This document shows positions 47,474 through 61,500 of a DNA stretch of 64,000 nucleotides, one piece after another (the first letter of the stretch is position 1; each line of letters opens with the position of its first letter). A model generated the notes under the pieces. That model was not told the DNA's origin and did not search any database. It worked only from the letters and a program-made list of their open reading frames with translations. The stretch comes from Macrostomum lignano (taxonomy: Eukaryota): the NCBI GenBank assembly GCA_002269645.1, contig NIVC01000382.1:496001-560000 (forward strand). The letters are read 5' to 3'. Both the position numbers and the translations under genes were made by a program.

Positions 47474-49065
47474 AGTAAACTTCTACCATTGCCTTCTCAC
47501 CTTAAGTTCTGTTTTCATGCTTTCAGTTCTTCGCTTTTACCTTTTTATTCTGTTTATTTTTCGTCTTTAGGATTTGGCCTTGGTTGGTCAGCATCCGAAC
47601 TGAAGTGTACGCTGTTTTATGAAACCCGCCTCGCAATATTTAATGTACACATTCTATAGCCTTTATAAGAGCGTAATATAGGGCTATTTTAGCAACGTTT
47701 GAATTATGCTTCAACAAAAACAATTTCTAAGAAATTTTACGTCTAAAGCGGTCATCCAATTTTTTGCACGTGAAGGAACGGGGCTTAAATTGTGTACCGC
47801 TAATCAAGACTAAGTTTGAGATCATAGCAAAACTTTAATAAAACATGTAATACCAGATTGCTAGGGCTAGGCTAGCAAATAATGAGCAACATGTACCGGT
47901 AGGCTAAGAAGCGGATTTAAAAACGACAGCCGATTCAAAGAATTCCTATTAATTTTTTTCGTTCTAACTGGCTTATTAAACAGTAGCTAGAAGAATTAAT
48001 TAAAAAACAAGCATTGAATATTTAATCAAAGAATCTATATGCCAATGCATTTCCACAATTTCGGTCATCTTCATCGCAGCTTATACAGATGTATTTGAAG
48101 ACAGCACAATGCGCAGTAATATTTCTGCAGCAAAAAGTCCGGCTATGATAGAGGGGGCAGAGAGGGGGAGAGAGATAAAGAGATAGGGTGCAGTAGTCAG
48201 AAGTGTACACCCCATCCTAGAATACGTTGAGTTGTCGGCTGTCACCCCCTTCCATGGCAAACAGACAGTTCAAATTATGCGTCTGAGCTTTAATGTAGCT
48301 CGCACATGGCCTCTAAAGTGCTCAGAGTGTGTTCAAGACGGCAGGAATAAATAACATTAGCCTAAAAAACTCGTGAGGGTTGCCGTTACAACACGAATCA
48401 CACGCGAGAAGGTGCTCTTGCTGAGCAAGAAATTCTTGCTGACAAACTGAGCTCTGATGATCAGGGGAATTCTGTGCATGGTTCGGACAAGGACCACTAG
48501 AAGTTACCGTTGCTTTTATTTACGCTGTATAGCTACTGAGAATCACGAATCTCCTCCAGCATCTAGGTTATATAGATTACAGTCGTTTCGGGGACAAGAC
48601 CATGGGACCCTTTAGTGACAGTCCTTTAGGTGAAAAGCATAATTTTATCGTGGTTATAAGTATTGCTTAGTGTTAAAACTTGAAAAGTTAAGATTTTTAT
48701 CCAAATTGTATTTTAGATCAGACAAGTATCGTTTTATTTATTAATAGTATTGTTATTATTATTATTAAACAGACGCTGGCACAATGAGTCACGAAGAAAA
48801 CGGTGGACAAAAGTTGAGTCCAGCCTAGCAGACTGAGGGGTAAGGCCCAGAGCCTGCAAATCAGAGAGAAAAGTGTCAGTCAGAGTTGTGGTGCAGAGAC
48901 CCCTAAAAATTTTAAACTTTTGCTTGCTGGCAGCTTGTACAATATAAAGAAATGTAGACAAATATTATCAGCGGAGTAAATATTTAAGTTGAAATAAGAA
49001 GGTTTAGAAAATGGTTTAGAACAACTCATTTTGGTACTCATCGTTTCATAAATCAGCGCAACTTG

Positions 49066-50086
<1,021 letters not shown>

Positions 50087-52456
50087 AGTTTCCGGGCGGT
50101 TGTTCGTCTGGGTTGACGCAAACAGTGTTCTGAACTCTTAGGTAACAGCTCTTCTTAGAAATTCTAGTGTACGCGAGCATTTATCAAGTCACTAAAAATC
50201 CTTTCCTAGTTTTGTACCTATCCTTCATCCTTGCTTTTAGCCAATCAGCGGCTCAAACAGATTCATTTGGTGTCTAGTTTCTTGCTTTTCGAGTATTCTG
50301 ATCATTTATTTAGTTGCTAAGAGTGACAGGAGCGTGTGCGACAATAACTGAGTTTGCTGAGGCGTGAAGGCGCCAAAAATGCAGAGATGCGTTGAGACGC
50401 TTAAACTGAGTTCCGCTTTGTGAGCTCTGTCTACCTGCTGTTATTGTCAGCTTTGGACTTGCATGGGTTCATGGCAGAAAAAACATGTCTCATGGAGTAG
50501 CAGTGGCATTGTCAGAATTCAAGGCAAAAATTATGCACAAGAGAAAGGCCTCGAGTAGTAAATATTGAGGCCTGTTGTTTTCGCGAGCTAATGGATTCAC
50601 AGAGGCGACAGTACCTTTCCTGATGTCGTTTTTTGTAGCAGTATTATTGCCTCTAATATGCAGCTGAATTCAGCTGTATTGGAATATTGCAACAATCCAT
50701 TCGGGCAGTCACCGTGACCGTGATGTTCAGCTAAGCTTCAGAGATATAGCTGTCAAAGGATAGCAACTGTGAGGTGCGATAGACATGCAAGGTGAGATCG
50801 AGTTGCATACCTACACTCTACCCTTGCCATTGGCAGTCCACCTTGCAGAGAGTCAGGCGTATTTTCTACTAATTCTGGAAAAACACCTTTTCGCTGAGAA
50901 ACTCACAATGAGTCAATGTTTTCGCCCGTTTTCACATTTTCTATCAGCGTCAATCTTACACAAAAGGAAAAGAAAAAAGCTTCTTCAAGGGCTACACAGA
51001 GGCTGAAAAATAGAGATGAGAGAGAGAGGGGGGAGAGAGAATATTACCACAATGAGCTATTTTTGCACAAATTACTGTTCATATTACCTATGTGATGAAA
51101 AAGGCAATTAGATAAATAGCATGCACGGTAAGCAATGATTTAGGCCCTAGACAAACCTATTTTTGGAGCGTTCGGAGATTTTAAAGCTATTGGCCCTAAT
51201 TGCCCATCGCCGGTCGGCGAGTCCTACCAGTCTTTCTCCAATAGTCACAGGTACAGTACAAGAAAAGAAATAACACGAGGGAACACGAAACGAGCAGATT
51301 TAGAGAGTGATGATCCTATCAGAATAGCTAATAATTGATTGACTTGACGATTTAATTGATTAATTTGACAATGGTTACAAAACTCAATTGCAATTCGCGC
51401 GGACAATTAGATTTGACAACAACGGAAATAACAACGAGACAACGATTAGATTACGCAATGGCAAGCAGATCTCAGCTGAGAAAGAAGAGAAGAAGAAACC
51501 GAACACGGGACCACGGAGAAAGACTCCTAACCCCTGGCCTAAGCCAGAACCTACACTCAACGAGAGCCCTGCCGAACCGACCGTTCAACGGAGTACCGAC
51601 TAACTTCTATCGGCACTGCCCTTCAGTGTGACACTGAGGCCCTCGGGGTCGAGGCCGCGTACTTGATCAGATCCGACAGTCTCTATCTAACCGCGCTTGA
51701 CAGCGACGACTTCAGACAAGGATTTGCCGTAGACGTTACGCCACAAGACTAAAGCGGTTGGGCAAGGGAACAAAGAATGGACCGGGGTGACGAAATCAAA
51801 ACGCCTCAAAGCGCAAACCAAAAAGGGAAACAGGCCACCGGCCGGGAAGCTGGGACAAAAACAAACCGGGGACGAAGCACAAGAAAAATGAGATCTGATT
51901 GCCAAATACATTCGCATTTATAGTCAGAGTCACAACCCCCCAAAACCCCCTCAAGCCGGGTGGTGGTCGTCTGGCCGGCCGCTTGCTAAGTCGGATTGCA
52001 CTGTGCCCGCGGCGCCGGGTAGACTTAGAACTTGCCGCGTGCCAGGGTCCAGGCCGGTCCTGATTGGCTGGCCGCGCAAAGCTGGGGTTTGCAGAAAAAC
52101 TCAACCCTCACCATTGGCGTCTGACTTCAAGCTTGTTTACGCAAAATAGATTTTAACTATCAAGAAAAGTACATTGAAAACGCATGACTAAACTAAAGCA
52201 AATAACAATTCAACAACAACATAGAACCCAATACAATTAATTAACTAACAAAAGATGCTCACACTACACCTAGGTGACCACAAGGCCCAGATCTGTGAAC
52301 AGACTGTAAACAAGTCTTTAAGCAATATAAAAGCAGAAACTTTAGCTCAAGAGCAGCTTCTAATTGCAAGTTGTCTCAACGGCATCAGAGAAAGATACGC
52401 CTTTTGATCGATCATTGTTATTAATTAATATTTATAACCAATTGGAGACTCTCGAA

Positions 52457-54609
52457 ATGGCGGGAACTTCTTGTAAATAAACGAATTTCGTATTCAATTA
52501 ATCCAATTAAGTATTCAATTAATATTCCGAGAAAAATGAACGAAATATATTTTTCATGAATACTTCATTTTCCAGATTTTTCCCTTTTGACATTGCTTTT
52601 AATCGCGGGCACCGTTCCAGAAATTGCCTGCCAAACAAGACGTGAGCAAGCCTGTTTTTTCTTCACTTGCTAACCGTTCGAAATTAGCTAAAGAAACTGT
52701 CAATGGCAATTTTGCTTCGAGCAAGAGCACTACATAAAAACTTCATATAAATTACTAAAGTAAAGGCAAAGCATAATGTCACTCTCGTCTGATTGAGGCC
52801 TAACTCATGGCTTTCTCCGTTTCACTGCAGCCAAATACTGCTCCGGATTTGTTCATCTCACAGCGGGGAGCGGCGAGATCGTTAGCCACTCAACTGCCGG
52901 TGCGTTGGATTACCTCGACAATATGAATTGCACCTGGCAAATAGTTGCACCGGTGGGTGAAAGGATCGCTGTGTGGTTCACTTACATTAATCTTCACTAT
53001 TCACGCGATTCGCCGGATAGCCGGGACTACGTGGATATGTTTGAAGGAATGAGCACATCGCACCGCACGTCCTACATCAGAAGCTTCACTGGACCGCAAT
53101 GGAGCCCGACCAAGATGCCCCCTACAGTCGTGTCAACTTCAAACGCTTTAACTGTGCGCTTCATATCTGACGGCAGTGCAACCGATAAAGGCTTCAGGCT
53201 TCGATATGAAGCCAAGGTCATTCGTAAGCTTTTACAAAGTATTCTGGTTCAATTCGCCAGTTATAATACTATAGAATTTTAATCATTTCTTTGCACGAGT
53301 ATCCAGTATCCGAAAAGCAGAAGCCATTATAATTCAACACGATTTGTGTAAGGACTCTGGGGAAGTTATGCAAATTTGTTGTGTCGTCCCAGGCGAATAA
53401 AGCATTCCTAAGGCTCCTTGAAAATCACGGTAAACTAAAATTCAAGCATCTGCTTAAATTTTTGGATAGTCCTTCTTTGCTGTTTTAAAGTTTCTGAGCT
53501 TTTAATTTTTCAATAAAAAATTAATACTGTATTCAATACTCACTCGTGATTTTAGCGCACAACGGCTCATGCGGTTCGATTCGGTTTCTGGATGCGTCAA
53601 ACACATCGGGAGTGATCCCCAGTCATCAGGGTCGAGCTGGTGGCATGTTTTACTCATCGAACATGACGTGCGAGTGGCAACTTCCACAGATTCCAGACCT
53701 CAAAACCGACGTGACCCTCCTGAACATATCGCTTGCCAAAGGGGACTGCATGTGGCTGACTGCAGCCGCTGCCTCCGGTCCAGGACGCCGCACCTACCAG
53801 GTGTTTATCGGCTGGAATACGCGCAGCATCAATCATACACACGAGCCAGCTGTCGACGTTTGGATGCACTTTAAATCGGACAGTTATTCAGAATCAACCG
53901 GCTTTCTGATCCACTTCCGCCTATACAATGGTGAATAATGAATGGTTTCTACTAAGTTTTATACAAAGTATTAGCAACACAGATCACTTCATTTACACTC
54001 AAACCCATAACTGTGAAGCAACCGACACCACAGCCACAGCCACTGTGGAGAGGAAAAGTTTCTCAGAAATAGTTTCAGTAGATAGTAAGCAGACATCGGT
54101 TAGGAGCTTGAATATTTACTACCACCTATTGAATAGTACGAGCCATGATCGTTCCACCGCGCATGCAAGATAAGGCAGTTGCAGATCGATGTACTCCTAA
54201 AAAAGGTTCTGTCAAGAGCGTCTCTGAATTCTCCCGATGACTTCTACGCTTGAGGAAGTCCCAGACATGCCAGATTTTGTTGCTCACACCTGAGGATCAG
54301 GAAGGCAAGCCATTCCCCCAAAAGTTATCGCTGTGTTATTGTACCAGTGAAGGCCCAGACCTTCCATTCACTCATATTATTTGGACAACTTGCGTCGCAA
54401 AGTGTCGCAATTAAGATTCTTAATGCGCAATTTACAGCCATTTAAAACCGGACTTTACTGCTATTACAGCCTCGGAGGAACCTGCTGCGACTTGGACGGA
54501 CAGTCCACTCGCATCAACCGGCCCGGAGTTGTTTTCAAATCTTGTCAACATTTTTGCTGTTGCCAGTTTTTCCTTTGCGGTTGGTTGGCTGGCTAGAGTT
54601 GCCGTTTGA
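52457..54609 (+). CDS. Secreted, probably GPI-anchored, 2xCUB-domain protein; exons 52457-52472, 52576-52641, 52831-53223, 53556-53930, 54470-54609 (329 aa)
   Basis: CUB motifs YLDNMNCTWQI...DYVDMFEG...VRFISDGSATDKGF and YSSNMTCEWQL...HFKSDSYSESTGF. Four phase-1 GT-AG introns give MAGTSYFSLLTLLLIAG... (signal peptide) and a hydrophobic C-terminus NLVNIFAVASFSFAVGWLARVAV*. Total 990 nt. The two CUB exons are firm; the terminal exons are inferred. Confidence 0.75.
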
Positions 54610-57600
54610 AGCTCGTAAGAGTTTGGTTGAAATGGCCAAGGCTGCATGACAGAAACTTCAAATTTGATATAATAAACATGAATCTCTCATCAACCTCTCA
54701 TTTTGGCTCCATAAATTTATTTTGAACTTATCAGCTTTATAGGAGCTTTATCAGCATTATACTCGCAAAAACTTTCAAATCAGTTTCCTCAAGACGAAAA
54801 GAAGATTGAAAATGAAGAAGAATGAAAAAATATTAATGCTGGGTTTCATTTTTTCTGTAACAATCGATTTTGTTTATTTTTTATTTGTTAAAAATGGATC
54901 TCATTTTTTTAATTACCATCTCTCCATTTTTCTGTTATTTACTGGATTACATAAAATTTCCCAGTGAAAACTTTGTGACTATTATCACTGAATCATAATA
55001 TTTGCGTGTTACGTTAATATCAAGCGCGCTTATTCGGCTCTCAAATCGGTCTTCCCGTATAGTTTCATATAATGCTACGATACGACTGGATACTGTGGAA
55101 AATTTGAAGGGAATAAAAAGCTCCAAGAGTAAATACAATTCTGTATGTATGTTTGCCCATCCCATTGTCGGTTGCAGTGTTGCCTATATTGAAAATCTGC
55201 AAGCAAACAGCCGAAAAGCAAATGTTTTTTCGCTTCATTTAAACAAAAACCACAAATGTATTTTTGTCTCTGAACTGAATTAAAACGGACTGTACACTTC
55301 AGTAACACTGATAAATTAAGTTAGTGACAGTAGCACTGAACTAACTTGCACATAGGTTTATTTAAAAAAGCTACTTTGAACTTTTCAAACCCAATGCGAG
55401 CTAAAATACAAGCTATAAAGAAACGCAAATATATAAGGCCTCAAAAATATTAGTTTTTAGCAGTGCAGCCACCCCAGGGTAAAAGCAGAATGCAGCTACT
55501 GCACGACACAAACAAGACAAAGACGATGACAATGTGAGACGACGACGGTACTTTCCGGCTTTGCTACCGTGCTATCCGTAGCCCGTCTATTCCTAGTTTC
55601 CGTCGAAAGTATATGTTTTCTAGGCCGCTTTCCTCAACACAGGAAACATAGATATTAATCTAAAAATTTGCATGCACAGTACGATAAAGATTTATATGCC
55701 CCCACTAGCATCCAACACAAAGGAAACTGAGTAAAGTCTATATAATCTCCATTATTTCCTCAAACTGTAGAACTTTTTTTCGAGAATAAAAGGATCGGCG
55801 CAAACAACATGGCAAATATTTAATAGTATACTAATAGACGAGAATAGGAGTAAAAGTTTTTTTGCCCAGTAGACGACAGGGCCGTGAGTATGAGAACGTT
55901 ACTCAAGGACTCCTCAAGTGGAAGGACGGGACGAGAAGATGTACATTTGTATATTTCCTGTGGCTAAAAGCCATTAAAATGGACGGCTCAGCTCATCGAT
56001 TTTGTGGGTCTGTTTTATCATTCTTAGCTGACTGTATATAACAATATGTGTAATTGAAATGATAAAATAGATTCATAAAGCCAATAAATCGAGCCGTGCC
56101 ATGCGTTTTATGGTTTTTAGGTACATGGAATGTACGTAGAATAAAAAACTAACATAGAATCCTAAATTTTCTAAATGAAAAGGTTTATGAACATCGATAG
56201 AGCAATAAGAAAGGCACGTACAACATATCAAAAGATGAACACTGGGTCTGCCTCCTATCGAAGGCAATAACAATTGTTGTCCTGAAAATGAAAACTTCCT
56301 ATCTCCGTAGTGTATTTTTCGGAAAAACTGCCTTCTAAATTTTTCCAAGAAACGAGATTTACCGTCCCTCTACTTGAGGAGTCCTTGACGTGACAGTAGG
56401 ATTTAAAAACTCCCATATCGAAGGTGAGAACGAGGGGTTTGGTGAGAAGGGAACAGTCTAGTAGTTCGGCGAGAATCCTTTTTGGAAAAGACAATCGGGG
56501 CATACTGCATCGTCAAAAGAAAGGAACATTTTGATTAAAGCTTGACCCGTTTCGGTGAATCAAAAGTATTGCTAGCTAACACTGACACATCCTTAAGTCA
56601 TAAGTATCGGATTAATTTTTTACTTCGTGAATTTAACAAACCTATATCTGAGTATAAGTTTATGCAATCAGCTAAATCAGCAGTACTCTAGAGATAGTAT
56701 CTAGAATAGTCTTAAACCTGAACTAAAACGCCCAGAGGCAAAACAACACAAGATTAACACCGCAGCGTTTCCGCTTTTGAAACTTGTCTCGTTTAAGAAA
56801 CATTTTTTTATTCAGCTTTTTCGATCCACTCCGAACAACAAAGCAGGAACTCGCTGAATGAAAAAGTTCAGAATTGCTTGCATCGCATCCCGAGCGCTAT
56901 ATCAATTCAAACTGCTTAAGCTAACTTTTTAATAACACCTGTCATCTTGCCCCGATGGATGTAATGTGGCTTGTGTAATATTTATATTCGCGCCATATTT
57001 ATATTATTTCATCAAGATGCTCGTATGGGTTATGATTTAAGTATCAGATTAAACATGCCTTTTGAGGGAGTTATTTGTTTAAATCACGAGGGCCTGAGGC
57101 CCGAGGGATTTATGAAAATAACTCCTGAAAAAGGCATGTGTAATCTCCTATAAACCATAGACATAAAGACTTTACGGGATATTATTGAATATTACCAAAT
57201 AAAATCCCGGAGAACGCAAATATTGTCACGGAAAGTCTTAATTTCTATGGATTATCTTTAAATCATTGTAACCGTATGGCAACTCTATTGTAATATTTTC
57301 TATTTATAAATATGCTCTTATAAAAAAATAAGGCAGCACCGGTTTCAACGAAATATAGGCTTTTCTATGGTCTTGTTCGATCTACTCACAAAAAAGCTTA
57401 CTGAAAAAAGCTTCTTTTGTCTCCTATTTCGAATGCTGAATCAAAATTCTGGAAGCGCTACAAACTTTTAAAGATCTATTGTTAAGAGACAAGAAAATAA
57501 AAAAGTAACGGTTACCAAGGGAACATTGGTGAATAACTAATACGCTCGTATAACATAAATGATTTAAGTCTGGAGCAGTCATTTTCCATAGTTCAGTTGC

Positions 57601-57882
57601 GAGTTGATATTTTTAACGAATATTAAAGTCGATGCTTGACGTTTTGGTGATTTTAAAAGGTGTTGTGAAGTTAGGCGTTGTGAAAATAGATGCTTAACTT
57701 ATGCACTGTGAATTTTAGGGCTTGTGAAACTCCACTATGCAAGTAAACATTCATGGATGGCAGAAAAGTGGAGGTGAGAAAAGATCGGCGAGAGAAAGAA
57801 AAACGAATCGGATCGAAAGCAGCAAAAATATTGGCCTCGGACTACCGCTGCACTAAATATAATGCAGAAAATTAACATATAA

Positions 57883-58431
57883 TCTATAATGATTCTCAGA
57901 GAATATATAATGATTCTCAGAGAAAATATAATGATTCTCAGAGAATATATAATGATTCTCAGAGAATATATAATGATTCTCAGAGAAAATATAATGATTC
58001 TCAGAGAATATATAATGATTCTCAGAGAAAATATAATGATTCTCAGAGAATATATAATGATTCTCAGAGAAAATATAATGATTCTCAGAGAATATATAAT
58101 GATTCTCAGAGAATATATAATGATTCTCAGAGAATATATAATGATTCTCAGAGAATATATTCTATAATGATTCTCAGACAAAATATAATGATTCTCAGAG
58201 AATATATAATGATTCTCAGAGAATATATTCTATAATGATTCTCTGAGAATATATAATGATTCTCAAAGAATAAATAATGATTCTCAGAGAATATATATTG
58301 ATTCTCAGTTAATATATAATGATTCTCAGAGAATATATAATGATTCTCAGAGAAAAATAATGATTCTCAGAGAATATATAATGATTCTCAGAGAAAAATA
58401 ATGATTCTCAGAGAATATATAATGATTCTCT
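57883..58431. repeat. 21-bp minisatellite AATGATTCTCAGAGAATATAT, about 26 copies
   Basis: Direct reading; source of the MILREYI ORF. Confidence 0.95.
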
Positions 58432-58686
58432 CGGTCAAAACGCCAAGGGATTTCAACTGAAGCACCGAAATGAAGCCCGAAGTACAGCTTCAAATCAAAC
58501 CCACTGCGATCGGTAACTGGCCGGGCCAGTCAACTTTGAATGATGAGGTCCACCCTAGTCTAGAGCCTCAAGTTGACGAAACTGAAAGAATTCAAGTGAA
58601 TTCTATTCCTTTTGCGCAACGAAGGGACCTGGATGGAGTTCTTCAGCCTTCTAATTGACTGACTGATCCGACAGGTTTATAATATA

Positions 58687-60926
58687 TGATGTAACCACGC
58701 TCTGGTCGCGGGATAGGGCAGGGGAACTTTTTCGAAAGTGCCTCCTATCGCCGTGCACCCCCTGCACAGAGCTGTTGAGACTCGGCCAGGTCTTCGACCA
58801 GGCCTGGAGACTCCCGCTCTGCTGCAACCCCCCCCCCCTCCTGCTGCCTTGGCTCCGTCTCCCCTGCCGCCACACTTGCCTTTCCGGAGCTCCCCCTCCC
58901 TCTTTGTACCTCCCCCTCTACCTTATCTCCCCTGCGCGCCTCCCTATTCTCTATGCACTCTTCCTGTCTCCCCTCTTTTTTGCCCCTTTTCGCCCTATTT
59001 TCCTGCGCTGTCCTCCCTTTCTCTGCGTCTACTTACAGTATTTTGTGCGCTCACCGTCACCCCATCCCTTCTCAAACTCCCAAACGGTGACGCAAGTCGT
59101 GTGACCCCTTCTTCCCCTCGATGACTCATCGATGACTCATCACCCTCTCTTGCGCAACCTTTTCTCACGCCATTGTTCTCCTCCCCAAATTTCTCATGCG
59201 ACACCCACCCCACCTCCGCTTCTATTATTCTCATTTTTGATTCTTTTGTTCTCTTTACCCCCACCAATTATCACATTTTCTCCGATTTTCTCTTTCTATT
59301 GTTCTCGTTTTCGCACCTAATTATCACCTTTTCCCCAATGTTTGCTTTTCTATTGTTCTCGATTCTCCCCAATTATCCCCGATTTCCAATTCCTTTGTTC
59401 TCGACCCCAGCCCCATTGTTCTCAATGTTTGCTTGCGCAACACTCCCGCGACCTCCCGCTGCGCCAATTATCCCCCACCCCACCTCCGGATTGCGCAATT
59501 CTCCCATTTCTCATGTTGCTATGCCGGTCTCATGACTCTCATCATGACTCATTCTGACGTCATTCTGCCGGCGGCCAATCAGAGAGAGGGAGTCATGGAA
59601 ATGACCTTGGAGCGGCGGCTGGGAAGGCTATATAAGGAAGCGGTTTTCGGCAGGAGAATGCTAAAACCCGCCTTTTCGGCCCGGTTCGACCTTCGGGCTC
59701 CTCATCTTTCTTTGGACTTGCTGTCAGACGTAGCTCTGACCTATTCGTCTATAGGACGAACCTCTGCCGGTCCGCGGTCTGATACCGCTAAGTTATCTTC
59801 AGCTCCCCAAGTGAGCTCGCCTATCGGCCCGCGGTCTGATACCGCCCAGCATCATCAGCATCGCCTGATCTACATCAGCGCCTCGTCGCTTCAGCGCATC
59901 GCCGCTTCACTGTCTGCCTGACTGCAGCCTACAGCCGCCCTCGTCACTCCGCCTCTCTCTCTCTCTGTGCAGCTGCCGGTAAGTTCCTGTTACTAATTTG
60001 TGCTCTAATCGCCTTGCTTATCCGGGGTTTGCCTATTTTGCCCTTGCTTGACTAGAGAGCTGAGCCGATTGGGATACCGTAAAGTTTTGCTGTATTTTAC
60101 TCAATAGTGAAGCCGCCTAAATTGCCTGATTATTTGCCTAAGGGCCTAATTATTAACTATTAACTAACCTCATCATTATTCACTCTTTCACCATCATTTC
60201 ACTCATGGCTTGCTAAGCCTTTCTCCCGTGGTGGCAAAGCATAAGGAAGTGTGGGTAAGCTAATGGCCTCTCCCCGTGCAAAGCTCGCCTGTGAGTGCGT
60301 GCTGCGGGGCCGTGTGTGCGTGCAGTAGAGGGATTAGCGAGTCTTGGCACAGAATGGCAGTAGGAAGGTTGCAACCCCATGCTGACGCGTCCCTTCGCCC
60401 TGAGCAATCTAAACTATAGACAGTACATGTTCGCCTCATACTACTCTTAGTAATCAAAGTCGCAAGTCAGCCTCGCTCACAGCCACAAAGGATCCCCTGC
60501 TGGGAAATCCCCCAGATTGAGCCCAGAGTTCCCGATCATGCCCCAAGCAGAGTCCCTGTACTCGGCTGCATGTGTCTCCCCTGTTAGCCTAAATCTCCTG
60601 GTAACCATCCCAGGCGGGGCTCTAGCCTCGAGAGGTCTGGTAGAAAGATCCAGGTGCGCCAGGTCACATAGAGTGGTGGCAGCCACTCGGTCATACTCTG
60701 ACCGAGTGACCAACTATTGCACCTTGGCTACAGGTGGGGTCCATGTGGGTCCTTGGCCCTCTGGTCACAAAGCGCTACCAAAGCTATCAATCATGTGAGC
60801 GGGACAGTCTGGTGCTGGAGGTCCGTCAGGTCATTGCCCGGTCATAGGCAGCCTACGGTCATTGCCCCCTCTAGTTATGCGTTCGTCTCTCAACGGATCG
60901 GACAGGCGACAAGGGCGGTTACATCA
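58687..60926 (+). mobile_element. Solo-LTR-like element, 2240 bp, TG...CA ends with a 10-bp terminal inverted repeat and a TATA target duplication
   Basis: TATA|TGATGTAACC at 58687 and GGTTACATCA|TATA at 60926; internal CRE/CCAAT/TATA promoter; no coding domains. A TA-TSD non-autonomous DNA transposon is an alternative reading of the ends. Confidence 0.65.
59555..59635 (+). promoter_or_regulatory. Pol II promoter: CRE (TGACGTCA, 59555), CCAAT box (59575), TATA box (TATATAA, 59629)
   Basis: Canonical motifs in canonical order and spacing inside the LTR-like element; downstream splice donor G|GTAAGT at 59979. Confidence 0.55.
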
Positions 60927-61423
60927 TATATCTATATTCTAGAGAGTGACCGAACCCAATAAGTGTTTTGAACTGATAATTAGATAAAAAGATATGCAAT
61001 ATCCAGTGTTCCCAGGTACTCGTAATGAGCTCTCTATCGAATGTTTAAGCAGCATCTTGAGGTAAAACTACAGGGCCTGGTTGCATAGACCTGTTTGTTT
61101 GATGCAACGATTTTTATTCAATATATTTGCTGCAGAATTAGTTGTTGTTGTGGTTATTCTTTTAATAATTGCAACTCGTGGGCGATGAGCTTGCAAAAAG
61201 TGAGATACCTTCCACTTCGACATGGCAACTCTCACTCGGCTGCCGTATTTGTAGCAGGTAAAGTTGAAATTTGAAGTAGAGAATGGAGCTGTCAGCTAGG
61301 TTCACGCGATTGCACTCGACGCTGTCGATCTGCAGTGAGCGAGAAGTTCTGGATGTTTTCTCTAGATGGAATCAGAGTTTTGGCAGCTGTTAGTGGCCTG
61401 CTTTCTATGGCCCAACGATCAAC

Positions 61424-61500
61424 CAATGAACCTTGAATAACATCAATGAACCTTGATTAACATCAATGAACCTTGAATAACATCAATGAACCTTAAATAG
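61424..61500. repeat. 20-bp tandem repeat CAATGAACCTTGAATAACAT, 4 copies
   Basis: Direct reading. Confidence 0.85.

Noticed and set aside
51250-52290. LTR/gag-like region (TGTGACA at 51628, minus-strand CCAAT and TATAAA, IRLRNGK peptide)
   Set aside because: No matching other end, TSD, PBS or PPT; the ORFs are short with no gag motif.
56073-56520. Possible transposase or recombinase remnant (Cys-rich fragments on the minus strand)
   Set aside because: Too degraded; no diagnostic motif recognisable by eye.
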